A stretch of 44,193 nucleotides of DNA, filler included, from Neodothiora populina (lineage: Eukaryota), in assembly GCF_041146345.1 (NCBI RefSeq). It is 2 parts of 2 records of this genome, joined end to end, with 100 filler letters (N's around TTAATTAATTAA, not from the genome) between each part and the next. Parts side by side here need not be neighbours in the genome. Positions count along the whole stretch, not along the records: positions 1 to 27,019 come from NW_027191412.1; 1 more part is not named here. One strand, given 5' to 3'. This document shows, piece after piece, positions 11,889 to 24,259 of this stretch. The notes beneath the pieces were generated by a model. The model worked only from the letters and a program-made list of their open reading frames with translations, was not told the DNA's origin and did not search any database. How positions within the stretch are numbered: position 1 is the first letter of the stretch; each line of letters begins with the position of its first letter. The translations under genes and the position numbers were made by a program.

Positions 11889-13577
11889 ATGCTTTTATCA
11901 TCAATTTTCTGTTTAATATTATCTAATGCATTGTCTTTTAGACGTGACACAGCTATTCTTTATTCAAGAATAGGTATTATAATATTATTTTACTGTATTT
12001 ATTTATGTTATAATAATTTATTTATAACATATTTAGATAATGGTATAGGGTTGTTCGGTGGTTTATTTTATACATCACCTATAACACAAACATTTCACAT
12101 ATTAATATTTATTATAACATTATTAATACTGAATTTAACTGGTTTTTATCCTAGAAAACTTATATCTAGTCAGTATTTAAGTTTATCTAATTTATTATTC
12201 ACAAAATTACAATTTGTTAAAAATATTGCTGTATCTAATATAATTTTAAAAAAAGGAGAACAATATACAATATTAGAATATACATTAATGTTATTATTTA
12301 TTGTAATAGGTAGTTTATTATTAATATCTAGTAGTGATTTGGTTTCTATATTTTTATCTATAGAATTACAAAGTTATGGTTTATATTTATTATGTACTAT
12401 GTATAGAAATTCTGAATCTGCAACATCTGCTGGTTTAACTTATTTTTTATTAGGTGGATTAGCATCTTGTTTTATATTATTAGGTATAGCTTTAATATAT
12501 GCAAATTTAGGTGTAACATATTTAGATAGTTTTTATGTTATAAATAATTTAGCAGGTGTATTAGATGAACAACAAATTACTATTTATATACCTTATTGCT
12601 TATTATTAATAACTATAGGATTATTATTTAAAATATCAGCTGCACCATTTCATTTCTGATCTCCTGATGTTTATGATGGTATACCTACTATAGTTACTAC
12701 TTTTGTAGCTATTATAGCTAAAATTTCTATATTAACTTTATTATTACAATTAGTTCATTATACAAATAGTATATATATTACTTCACAATATACTTGAACT
12801 ACTAGTTTATTAATAAGTTCATTATTATCTTTAGTAATTGGTACTGTATTAGGTTTAACACAATTTAGAATTAAAAGATTATTTGCTTATAGTACTATAT
12901 CTCATTTAGGTTTTATGTTATTAGCTTTAACTATTAATAGTGTTGAATCTATACAATCATTTATTTTTTATTTAGCTCAATATAGTTTATCTAATTTAAA
13001 TGCATTTATTTTATTAATAGCTATAGGTTATAGCTTATATGCTTATAATGATAAAAATATTAATCATAATAATTTAATAGATAAAAATAATTCACCTATA
13101 CAACTTATAAGTCAGCTTAAAGGATATTTCCATATTAATAGTTTCTTAGCTTTAAGTTTAACTATTACTTTATTCTCATTTGCTGGTATTCCACCTTTAA
13201 TGGGATTCTTTGCTAAACAGATGGTATTCTCTGCTGCTTTACAAGAAGGATTTATATTCTTAACTCTTATAGGAGTGTTAACTAGTGTTATAAGTGCTGT
13301 ATATTATTTATTTATAGTAAAAACTATGTTCTTTGATGGACATTCTTATACTTATTTTAGTAGTTTAAAAGATTTAAGAATACCTGCTCTTGTTTTACAA
13401 AAAAATAAAGTAGTTAATAAAATATATTTCAATTCTAAATTTTCTTTATCTAGTTCTTTATCTATAACTATTTCTATTTTAACATTAATTATACTTTTAT
13501 TTATGTTTATGCCTAATGAAACATTACATTTATCTAATATATTAGCTATTATATTATTTATTCCTGGTAATATTTAA
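11889..13577 (+). CDS. nad2: NADH dehydrogenase subunit 2
   Basis: [34 protein letters not shown]. Confidence 0.95.
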
Positions 13578-13860
13578 TAAAGCTTTAGTTAAATAAACTA
13601 ATTAACATAAATTAATATAAATATTATATATTAAAATAAAGTAAAAATATATAATTTAAATATATATATAGATCCAAAATTATATTTATTAAGAATAGAA
13701 ATTATAATTTCTTTTCCGGCTGCATAGCAGTTTTTAATTGAACAAACCCATATAAATAAATATAAATATATTTATATTTATTTATATTTATTTATTTATA
13801 TTAAAATATAACAAAATAAAACATAAAATAGAACAATAATAATAAATATATAATAAAAAT

Positions 13861-15018
13861 ATGAGAATTCTTAAAAGTCATCCTTTATTAAGATTAGTAA
13901 ATTCTTACTTAATCGACGCACCAACACCAGCTAATATAAGTTATTTATGAAACTTTGGTTCATTATTAGCTATATGTTTAATAATACAAATTGTAACAGG
14001 AGTTACATTAGCTATGCATTATACACCTAGTGTAGCTGAAGCATTTAATTCTGTTGAACACATTATGAGAGATGTTAACAATGGTTGATTAATACGTTAT
14101 TTACACGCTAATACAGCTTCAGCTTTCTTCTTTTTAGTATACCTACACATAGGTAGAGGTTTATACTATGGATCATATAAATCACCAAGAACATTAACAT
14201 GAATTATAGGTACAGTAATCCTTATAATAATGATGGCTACAGCTTTCTTAGGTTACGTTTTACCATATGGTCAAATGAGTTTATGAGGAGCAACTGTTAT
14301 TACTAACTTAATGAGTGCTATACCTTGAATAGGTCAAGATATAGTTGAATTTATATGAGGTGGTTTCTCAGTTAATAATGCAACATTAAACAGATTTTTT
14401 GCTTTACACTTCTTATTACCTTTTGTATTAGCTGCATTAGTATTAATGCACTTAATAGCTTACCACGATGTTGTAGGATCAAGTAATCCTTTAGGTATAT
14501 CAGCTAATTATGATAGATTACCTTTCGCTCCTTACTTTTTATTTAAAGATTTAGTTACTATATTCTTATTCTTTATAGTATTATCTATATTTGTTTTCTT
14601 TATGCCTAATGCATTAGGAGATAGTGAAAATTATGTTGTGGCTAATCCTATGCAAACTCCACCTGCTATTGTACCAGAATGATATTTATTACCTTTCTAT
14701 GCTATATTAAGATCTATTCCTAATAAATTATTAGGTGTTATAGCTATGTTTGCTGCTATTTTAGCTTTAATGGCAATGCCTTTAACAGATTTATCTAAAT
14801 TAAGAGGAGTACAATTTAGACCTTTAAGTAAAATTGCATTCTTTATATTTGTAGCTAATTTCTTAGTATTAATGCAAATAGGTGCAAAACACGTTGAAAC
14901 ACCATTTATTGAAGTTGGACAAATATCTACTGTATTATACTTTGCACACTTCTTTATTATAGTACCTGTAGTAAGTATTATAGAAAATAGTTTAGTAGAA
15001 TTAGCTACTAAAAAATAA
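13861..15018 (+). CDS. cob: Apocytochrome b, intronless
   Basis: [17 protein letters not shown]. Confidence 0.97.
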
Positions 15019-15075
15019 TTAATATATAATAATATTATTTTATCTATTTTATATAATTAATATTTACAAATTATA

Positions 15076-15146
15076 GGAGTTTGAGTAGAAGGTTCTGCGT
15101 TTCGATTGCAAATCGAAATAAAGGGATTCGAGTTCCCCGAACTCCT
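15076..15146 (+). tRNA. trnC: tRNA-Cys(GCA)
   Basis: ttcga-tt-GCA-aa-tcgaa. Confidence 0.9.
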
Positions 15147-15419
15147 TAGATATATATGTTTCGATTTAAAGTATATTATTTTAAATCTTATACAATTAGT
15201 ATATATATAATATTAACCTATATTTTTAATTAAATTATTAGATAGTTATATATTATAGCTAAATTAAACATAAAAAATTTCAATATATAATATTGAGTAT
15301 ATTTATTAAATATTTATATATATATAGAATAAAAACTGCAGGTTGTTAATTACAATTAATATTTATATAAATATTCTATTAATATATATTGTTATAATAA
15401 ATAATAAATAAATAAATAA

Positions 15420-16475
15420 ATGATAAGTATAATTTCAATTATTGAAGGGCTATTATTAATAGTACCTGCTTTACTTTCAGTTGCATTTGTAACTATAGCC
15501 GAACGTAAAACTATGGCTTCTATGCAAAGAAGATTAGGACCTAATGCAGTAGGTTATTATGGTTTATTACAAGCATTTGCTGATGCTTTAAAACTATTAT
15601 TAAAAGAATATGTAGCTCCAACACAAGCTAATATTATATTATTTTTTATAGGACCTATGATAACTTTAATCTTTTCTTTATTAGGTTATTTAGTTGTACC
15701 ATTTGATAGTGGAATTTTTGTATCTGATTATAGTTTAGGTATGCTTTATATGTTAGCTGTTTCATCTTTAGCTACATATGGTATATTATTAGCAGGTTGA
15801 TCTGCTAATTCTAAATATGCTTTTTTAGGTTCATTAAGAAGTACAGCTCAGTTAATTAGTTATGAATTAATATTAAGTTCTGTAATTATATTAGTTATCT
15901 TATTAACAGGTAATTTAAATATTATTACTATTGTAGAATCACAAAGAATAGTTGATTTCATATTACCATTATTTCCTTTATTTATTATATTCTTTATAGG
16001 TTCTATAGCAGAGACTAATAGAGCTCCTTTTGATTTAGCTGAAGCTGAATCAGAACTTGTTAGTGGTTTTATGACAGAACATTCAGCTAGTGTATTTGTA
16101 TTTTTCTTCTTAGCTGAATATGCTAGTATTATATTAATTTGTGTTTTAAATAGTATTTTATTTTTTGGTGGTTATTTATGTATTATACCTGTTGAATTTA
16201 TAATAGATATATTATATAATATATTTGGTATAAATAGTTCTATATTAGAAGATATATTTGTTAATATTTCTTCATCTCCTTTAAATTTAGCTTTTAAAAC
16301 TGCTTTATTAATATTTGTGTTTATTTGAGTTAGAGCATCTTTCCCTAGAATTCGTTTTGATCAATTAATGTCAGTTTGTTGAACTGTATTATTACCTTTA
16401 ATTATAGCATATGTTGTTTTAATACCTTGTGTTGTATTTGGTTTAGATGCTTTACCTACAAGCTTAATACTTTAA
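15420..16475 (+). CDS. nad1: NADH dehydrogenase subunit 1
   Basis: ERKTMASMQRRLGPN, ETNRAPFDLAEAESELVSG, PRIRFDQLM. Confidence 0.96.
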
Positions 16476-16727
16476 TTTATTATTTATTTTACTTACTTTT
16501 AGTAAACTAATTTATATATAATATAAAATTATATAATCATACATAGATTTATTATGTAATTTATATATTTCAATATAGTATGTATGTATGTATTATAAAA
16601 AAAATCATAATATATTATAATATAGTATTAACTAATATATACTTAAGCTTTATAGCATATATAAAGTGTAACAAAAACAAATTAATGTTTTTTTAAGCAG
16701 AAAGTATATATATATTAAAAATTAAAT

Positions 16728-18194
16728 ATGTCTTTATTATTATTATTAATTCCATTAATAGGTATAAGTCTTGTAACAATAGAGACTAATTATGGTTTAA
16801 GCATAGTAAATAATATTAAGATAAAATCTATAGCCTTAACTACAACAATAATAAATTTAATTGTATCATTGATAATGTTTATTCTTTTTGATTTTAGTAG
16901 TAAACAATTTCAATTTATTGAAGAACATTACCAAGTAAGTTATTTTGATGTATATTTAGGTGTAGATGGTTTATCAATATATTTTATATTATTAACAACT
17001 ATAATAATGCCTGTAGCTATTTTATCTAATTGAAATTCAATACAATCTCAAAATGTATTATCATTTGTAGTAATTATGTTATTATTAGAAACATTATTAT
17101 TAGCTGTATTCTTAGTTTTAGATGTATTATTATTCTATATCTTTTTTGAAAGTATATTACCTCCTTTATTTTTATTAATAGGATTATTTGGTTCAAGTAA
17201 TAAAGTAAGAGCTAGTTTCTATTTATTTTTATATACTTTATTAGGTTCATTGTTTATGTTATTATCTATAATAGTTATGTCTTCTATTATGGGTACTACT
17301 GATTTTGATGCATTATCTAAAGCAAACTTTAGTTATATAACTCAATTATTTTTATTTTATGGTATATTTATAGCTTTTGCTGTAAAAACACCAGTAATTT
17401 TTTTAAATACTTGACTATTAAAAGCTCACGTTGAATCACCATTATCTGGTAGTATTATATTAGCAGGTATAGTTTTAAAATTAAGTTTATATGGTATATT
17501 TAGATTAATGTTACCTTTATTACCTAAAGCTTCTTTAAACTTTACATATATTATATATGTAATAGGTGTAATAACTATAATTTATGCTAGTTTTAGTACA
17601 TTAAGAACAATAGATATTAAAGAATTAATTGCTTACTCTTCTGTATCTCACGCAGCTGTATATTTAATAGGTGCATTTAGTAATACAATACAAGGTATAG
17701 AAGGTGCTATAGTTTTAGGTTTAGCTCACGGTTTTGTATCACCAGCATTATTTATTTGTGTTGGAGGTATTTTATATGATAGATCTTCTACTAGATTAAT
17801 TACATATTATAGAGGTATGGCTCAAATTATGCCTATTTTCTCTATATTATTCTTTATATTATGTTTAGGTAATAGTGGTACACCTTTAACTTTTAATTTC
17901 ATAGGTGAATTTATGTCATTATATGGTGCATTTGAAAGAATGCCTATATTAGGTATATTAGCTAGTACTTCTATTGTATTATCTGCAGCTTATACAATAT
18001 TTATGTATAATAGAATAGCTTTTGGTGGTTCTTATTCTGTATATTTTGTAGAAAACATAGGTGATGTTACTAGAAGAGAGTTTATATTATTATTAGTATT
18101 TGTAGTATTTACAGTATTATTTGGTATATATCCTGCTCCTATATTAGATGGTTTACATTACTCAGTTTCTTCTTTAATTTATAATATAAATTAA
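16728..18194 (+). CDS. nad4: NADH dehydrogenase subunit 4
   Basis: LGVDGLS, WLLKAHVESP, IAYSSVSH. Confidence 0.96.
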
Positions 18195-18257
18195 TATAAT
18201 TAATTTATTTATTCTAATAACTTTTATTTTTATAATCAATAATTATGTTTATTTATC

Positions 18258-18328
18258 TTCTTACTAGCTCAATGGCAGAGCAGAATACTTCTAATATTTT
18301 GATCCAAGTTCGACCCTTGGGTAAGAAT
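18258..18328 (+). tRNA. trnR: tRNA-Arg(TCT)
   Basis: gaata-ct-TCT-aa-tattt. Confidence 0.9.
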
Positions 18329-18361
18329 TGTAATAATATTATTATTAATATTATTATTTTA

Positions 18362-18432
18362 GCCTTTATAGCTCAATGGTAGAGCGAGATACTGTTAATA
18401 TTTTGATAGATGTTCGATTCATCTTAAGGGCT
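18362..18432 (+). tRNA. trnN: tRNA-Asn(GTT)
   Basis: agata-ct-GTT-aa-tattt. Confidence 0.9.
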
Positions 18433-18513
18433 TATTTTTACTTTACCTTATAATCTTAAAAAGTCAAGATATATATTAAGAAAATATCCATATAATAGAT
18501 AAAATACAAATAT

Positions 18514-18660
18514 ATGCCACAATTAGTACCATTCTTTTTTGTAAATCAAGTAGTATTTACTTTTGTTATATTAACAGTATTAATATATACATTTACTAAA
18601 TTCATATTACCTAGATTTGTACGTACTTTTATTTCACGTATTTACATAAATAAATTATAA
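18514..18660 (+). CDS. atp8: ATP synthase subunit 8 (48 aa; too short for the ORF track)
   Basis: [12 protein letters not shown]...[18 protein letters not shown]. Confidence 0.96.
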   Translation: MPQLVPFFFVNQVVFTFVILTVLIYTFTKFILPRFVRTFISRIYINKL

Positions 18661-18803
18661 TTATAAAAATTAGTAGTTATATTATATATAACTAAAACAT
18701 AATAATTTTTTATTATTATATATATCTCTATTTTAATAGAGTTTCATTAGGTAATGAAAATAATAAGTTAATATTTATATATATCTTATAAATAAACAAT
18801 AAT

Positions 18804-19577
18804 ATGCGTCATTTAGATTTTGTATTAAGTCCATTAGACCAATTTGAAGTAAGAGATTTATTTTCTCTTAACGCTAATTTATTAGGTAATTTACACTTAT
18901 CTTTAACTAATATAGGTTTATACTTATCAATTAGTATCTTTTTAATTTTAACATATAGCTTATTAGCTACAAATAATAATAAAATAATACCAAATAACTG
19001 ATCAATAAGTCAAGAAAGTATATATGCTACAGTACATGGTATAGTAGTAAACCAAATTAATCCTAATAAAGGACAAATGTTTTTCCCATTAATGTATGTA
19101 TTATTCATATTTATTTTAGTAAATAATTTAATAGGTTTAGTACCATATAGTTTTGCATCTACATCACACTTTATATTAACATTCTCTATTAGTTTTACTG
19201 TTGTTTTAGGTGCAACAATATTAGGTTTCCAAAGACATGGGTTAAAATTCTTCTCATTATTTGTACCTTCAGGTTGTCCTTTAGCTTTATTACCTTTATT
19301 AGTTTTAATTGAATTTATTTCATACTTATCTAGAAATGTTTCATTAGGATTAAGATTAGCTGCTAATATTTTAAGTGGTCACATGCTTTTAAGTATTTTA
19401 AGTGGATTCACATATAATATTATGACTAGTGGTATAATATTCTTTATATTAGGTTTAATACCTTTAGCATTTATTATTGCATTCTCTGGTTTAGAATTAG
19501 CTATAGCATTTATTCAAGCTCAAGTTTTTGTAGTTTTAGCATGTTCATATATTAAAGATGGTTTAGACTTACATTAA
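18804..19577 (+). CDS. atp6: ATP synthase subunit 6
   Basis: SPLDQF, SLGLRLAANILSGH, IQAQVF. Confidence 0.97.
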
Positions 19578-19659
19578 TACCCTAGTATATTTTAAATATA
19601 TATATTTATATATTATATAAATATATATATTTTATATTATTATAATAATAATAATTTTT

Positions 19660-19886
19660 TAAAGATATAAAAATTTTATGAAAATAGGAAAGTCCAATAC
19701 TTATTAGGCATATACACTTGAATATATTTATTCAATAATTATAAAAATATAAGGATATTAACAGAAACTAATATTATTATAAAATACTAAAAAGTAATAA
19801 TAAAATAATAGCGAACAAGAATCCTATGTTAAGTTTTTATTTAGAATTATTAAAATTAAACAGAAACTGGCTTAATTATATCTTTA
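19660..19886 (+). ncRNA. rnpB: Mitochondrial RNase P RNA
   Basis: CR-I aggaaagtc (~19686) and CR-V acagaaactggcttaat (~19860); P1 helix aaagatataa (19661-19670) pairs with ttatatcttt (19876-19885). Confidence 0.82.
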
Positions 19887-19949
19887 AATAATAACATTAA
19901 AATTAATAATTTTATAGTTATATATAAAACAATATAGATGTGATGTATG
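19887..19949 (+). repeat. Direct repeat B copy 2, immediately upstream of rns (candidate promoter or processing region)
   Basis: Identical to 5483-5545. Confidence 0.9.
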
Positions 19950-19959
19950 CATCAAAAAT

Positions 19960-21415
19960 AAAATAGAGAGTTTGATGATGGCTCTAACTGAACACTGTCC
20001 AAGTACTTGACACATGCTAATCGAACGACTAATTAGTTTAATTATTATCTAATATTTAAATTAAGTAGTAGTGGTGTACAGGTGAGTAAAAGATAAATTG
20101 GCTACCTTAAAGTAAGGGAAAAAATCCCTTATAACCAAAGGTTAATATTACCGCTTTAAGATGATAATTTTTATCTCGGTGAGTAGTAGGAAAGGTAATG
20201 ACTTTTCTAGCAATAAACCGTAGTCGTAACTGGAAAGTTGATCGACCACATTGGGTCTGAAAAAAACCCAATGCTTTTATGTACAGCAGTGAGGAATATT
20301 GGTCAATGGCCGAAAGGCTGAACCAGTAACTTGGAAGAATGTCTATGTAACTTGTATGGTTACATTCGCGATTAACTCGCATAAAATTCTAAATAGATTG
20401 TATATAATGACATAATCTATTTATAAGTCTTGACCAAACTACGTGCCAGCAGTCGCGGTAATACGTAGGAGGCTAGTGTTAGTTATCTTTATTGGGTTTA
20501 AAGGGTAAGTAGACGGTAAATTAAACTCTAAACGAGTACTTTTTTACTAGAGTTATATGAGAGAAGGAAGAATTTCTGGAGTAGAGATAAAATTTGATGA
20601 TACCAGGAGGACTGTCAACGGCGAAGGCGTCCTTCTATGTAATAACTGACGTTGAGAGACGAAGGCTTGGGTAGCAAACAGGATTAGATACCCTAATAGT
20701 CCAAGCAGACAATGATGAATGTCATACATTAGATATAATTTTAATGTATAAACGAAAGTGTAAGCATTCCACCTCAAGAGTACTATGGCAACATATAAAC
20801 TGAAATCATTAGACCGTTTCTAAAACCAGTAGTGAAGTATGTTATTTAATTCGATGATCCGCGAAAAACCTTACCACAGCTTGTATAGCATATTATAAAA
20901 AATTGTTACAAGCGCTGCATGGCTGTCTTTAGTTAATGTCGTGAGATTTGGTTAATTCCTTTAATTAACGAAAACCCTCACTTTATTTATTTATATAAAG
21001 TGGTTCGCTACTACATCGGACCAGATAATAGGGATTAAGACAAGTCATTATGGCCTTAATGCTGTGGGCTATAGACGTGCCACATACGCCTTTACAACGG
21101 GATGCGATATTGTGAAATGGAGCTAATCCCCAAAAAAGGAAATAATATGGATTGTAGTCTGTAACTCGACTACATGAAAAAGGAATTACTAGTAATCGTG
21201 AATCACCAACGTCACGGTGAATTTTATCTTAGTTAGGTACTAACCACTCGTCAGGCGCTGAAAAAAGAAGATGCAGTAAGTTTGATTTTTTCTGTGTAAA
21301 GTTATATATATTTATGATATATAAATATGCAGGATAGTTTTCGTATGCAAAACTTTGATTGGTGTTAAGTCGAAATAAGGTTCGTGTAATGGAAATTGCA
21401 CGGGGAGTATAAAAT
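19960..21415 (+). rRNA. rns: mt SSU rRNA (ends approximate)
   Basis: agagtttgatgatggctc, gtgccagcagtcgcggtaatac, attagataccc, aagtcgaaataaggtt. Confidence 0.95.
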
Positions 21416-21511
21416 TTAAAAAAAAATAATAGTATATATATTATCAAATCAAATATAGGTATATAACAAATTGGTTCAAATCCAATAAAAGATTAAATAT
21501 ATATATGAAAT

Positions 21512-21596
21512 AGGGAGGTCCCGTAAGTTGGTTCACGGGTTGAGCTGTAAACTCAATAGCTATAAGCTATCGAAGGTTCGATTCCTTTTCTCCCTA
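21512..21596 (+). tRNA. trnY: tRNA-Tyr(GTA)
   Basis: ttgag-ct-GTA-aa-ctcaa; long variable arm. Confidence 0.9.
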
Positions 21597-21673
21597 ATTA
21601 GATCTTAATCTAATCCTATCTAAACATTTATTATTATTTGTATAATATGTTAATAGATTTAGTTTTTTTTATT

Positions 21674-22324
21674 ATGAATAATATATTTTTATTAAATGAT
21701 TCTATTACTAATGGATTTAGAATAGAATTTGTAGATATTATTTATTTAGTATCTATTTTATTAGGTATACTTACTATAAGTAGTAGAAATCCTGTAGTAT
21801 CTGTTTTATTTTTAATAGGTTTATTTGTTAATGTTGCAGGTTTATTAATTTTAGTAGGATATAATTTTATAGGATTAGCTTATATATTAGTTTATGTAGG
21901 TGCTGTTTCTATTTTATTTTTATTTATTTTAATGTTAATAAATATTAGAGTTTCTGAATTATTTAATGATACTAATAATGATTTACCTTTAGCTAGTTTA
22001 ACTATTATTCTTTTTTATTATATAATAGCACAGGTATTACCTATAAATTTCACAGAAAATAGTATTGTTTCTTATTTATCTAATTCATATTCTGATGTAT
22101 ATAATGTACAATTAGATAATGAATTATTTAATCTAGTTGATTTAAAACAACAAATTGGTTATGCAAGTAGTAAAGGTTGAGATAATTCATTAATAGAACC
22201 TACACATATTGCTAGTATAGGTAATATTATGTATACTAGTTATTCTATGTGATTAATTGTTACTTCTATTATTCTATTATTAGGTATGGTAGGTGCTATA
22301 GTTATCACAATAAAACAAAAATAG
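21674..22324 (+). CDS. nad6: NADH dehydrogenase subunit 6 (alternative ATG at 21647)
   Basis: RNPVVSVLFLI, LVYVGAVSILFLF, LLGMVGAIVI; TAG 22322-22324. Confidence 0.93.
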
Positions 22325-22362
22325 ATAGATAAAGCTTAAACAATTAATTATAAAATTAAAAT

Positions 22363-23172
22363 ATGATATATAAATCAAAAAGTAATTTTCAAAATCATCC
22401 TTTTCATTTAGTATCTCCGTCACCTTGACCATTATTTACTAGTTTGTCATTATTTATATTAACAACAGCTACAGTTTTATTTATGCACGGATTCCAAGGA
22501 TTCCAATATTTAGTAGCTTTAGCTGTATTTAACGTTATTTACGTTATGGCTTTATGATTTAGAGATGTAATTTCAGAAGGAACTTATTTAGGTAATCATA
22601 CTAATGCTGTACAAAAAGGATTAAACTTAGGTGTAGGTTTATTTATTATATCTGAAGTTTTCTTCTTTTTAGCTATATTCTGAGCATTCTTTCATAGTGC
22701 AATATCACCTAGTGTTGAATTAGGTGCACAATGACCTCCATTAGGTATACAAGCTGTTAATCCATTTGAATTACCATTATTAAATACTATATTATTATTA
22801 TCTTCAGGTGTGACAATTACATATGCTCACCATTCTTTAATACAAGGTAATAGAAAAGGTGCTTTATATGGTACAGTTGTAACAATTATATTAGCTGTAA
22901 TATTTACTTTCTTCCAAGGTGTTGAATATTCAGTATCTTCTTTCACTATTTCTGATAGTGTTTATGGTTCATGTTTCTACTTTGGTACTGGTTTCCACGG
23001 TTTACACGTTATTATTGGAACAGCTTTCTTAGCTGTAGGATTATGACGTTTAGCTGCATACCATTTAACAGATCACCATCATCTTGGTTACGAATCAGGT
23101 ATATTATACTGACATTTTGTAGACGTAGTATGATTATTCTTATATATTTCTGTATATTACTGAGGTTATTAG
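22363..23172 (+). CDS. cox3: Cytochrome c oxidase subunit 3
   Basis: [28 protein letters not shown]. Confidence 0.97.
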
Positions 23173-23326
23173 ATATAAATATGTTTATAAATATATTTGC
23201 TTTAAATTTTAAAAATTTAAGGTCTGTATAGACCTGTTATTTTATAACATAAATTATATATTTATTAAATTAAATAATAATTGTAAATTATATGTAAAGA
23301 TGATTATTATAAATATTTATCTTTTA

Positions 23327-23398
23327 GAGACTTTAGTTTAATGGTAAAACATGTGACTTTTAATCATTATAATATGGGTTCAAATCCCATAGGTCTTA
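23327..23398 (+). tRNA. trnK: tRNA-Lys(TTT)
   Basis: gtga-ct-TTT-aa-tcat. Confidence 0.88.
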
Positions 23399-23421
23399 TA
23401 ATCTGAATTATAATTACGAAA

Positions 23422-23492
23422 ATGACTATAAGTTAATGGTAGACTGCTTATTTACCATATAAGATGTGCTGATTCGAATTCAGCTAGTCATA
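23422..23492 (+). tRNA. trnG: tRNA-Gly(ACC)
   Basis: cttat-tt-ACC-at-ataag. Confidence 0.87.
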
Positions 23493-23526
23493 ATAAGTAA
23501 ATAATTTTTATATACAAATTGATATA

Positions 23527-23597
23527 ATGGCTATAAGTTAATGGTAGACTGTTTACCTTCCAAGTAAAGTGTGCTGATTCGAATTCAGCTAGCCATA
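23527..23597 (+). tRNA. trnG: tRNA-Gly(TCC)
   Basis: tttac-ct-TCC-aa-gtaaa. Confidence 0.9.
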
Positions 23598-23609
23598 TAT
23601 ATATAAATA

Positions 23610-23682
23610 GGGTTAGTAACTTAATTGGTAAAGGGTTTTCTTGTCGAGAAAATAGATGCCGGATCGAAACCGGTCTAACTCG
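23610..23682 (+). tRNA. trnD: tRNA-Asp(GTC)
   Basis: ttttc-tt-GTC-ga-gaaaa. Confidence 0.9.
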
Positions 23683-23701
23683 TATATATATATAAATTAA
23701 A

Positions 23702-23782
23702 GGAAAAGTTGCTATTGGTAGGGTAAGATATTTGCTAAATATTGTGTTTTGACACTTAGATGTTCGATTCATCTCTTTTCCG
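23702..23782 (+). tRNA. trnS: tRNA-Ser(GCT)
   Basis: gatat-tt-GCT-aa-atatt; variable arm gtgttttgacac. Confidence 0.88.
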
Positions 23783-23854
23783 AAGAGCATAGTTTAATAG
23801 GTAAAACTGTAAGCTTCAACCTTATATTTCTTAGTTCAAATCTAAGTGCTCTTG
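23783..23854 (+). tRNA. trnW: tRNA-Trp(TCA), reads UGA
   Basis: gtaag-ct-TCA-ac-cttat. Confidence 0.9.
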
Positions 23855-23865
23855 AATATATTATA

Positions 23866-23937
23866 GGTTCTTTAACTTAACCGGTAAAGTGTATTCTTGA
23901 TAAGGATATGTTCAGTGTTCGAGTCACTGAAGAATCA
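23866..23937 (+). tRNA. trnI: tRNA-Ile(GAT)
   Basis: tattc-tt-GAT-aa-ggata. Confidence 0.9.
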
Positions 23938-23945
23938 AAAAAAAA

Positions 23946-24031
23946 AGAGAGTTGGCTGAGTGGTTTAAGGCGGCTAGCTTGAGTCTAGCTAAAGGTATAA
24001 ACTTTCATATGTTCGAATCATATACTCTCTG
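23946..24031 (+). tRNA. trnS: tRNA-Ser(TGA)
   Basis: gctag-ct-TGA-gt-ctagc; long variable arm. Confidence 0.9.
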
Positions 24032-24144
24032 ATACTTATAGTATAAAAAAAAATTAATTTAATAATATTATATATAATAATATGTTAACATGTTAAAATA
24101 TATATAATACAAATTAAATTAATGTAAATACATTATAGGTTTTA

Positions 24145-24216
24145 CAGGTTAGTGTCCGGTGGTTGGTCGCTTCATTTGGGTTGGAGATTGTTTATGTTCG
24201 AATCATAATAACCTGA
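24145..24216 (+). tRNA. trnP: tRNA-Pro(TGG)
   Basis: cttca-tt-TGG-gt-tggag; acceptor caggtta/taacctg. Confidence 0.87.
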
Positions 24217-24259
24217 TAATTAATATAGGTATAATTATATATACCAATATAGATGATAT

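Noticed and set aside
15334..15345. CTGCAG upstream of nad1 as a Neurospora-like PstI palindrome element
   Set aside because: A single site without the GC-rich double-PstI stem and not repeated in other spacers.
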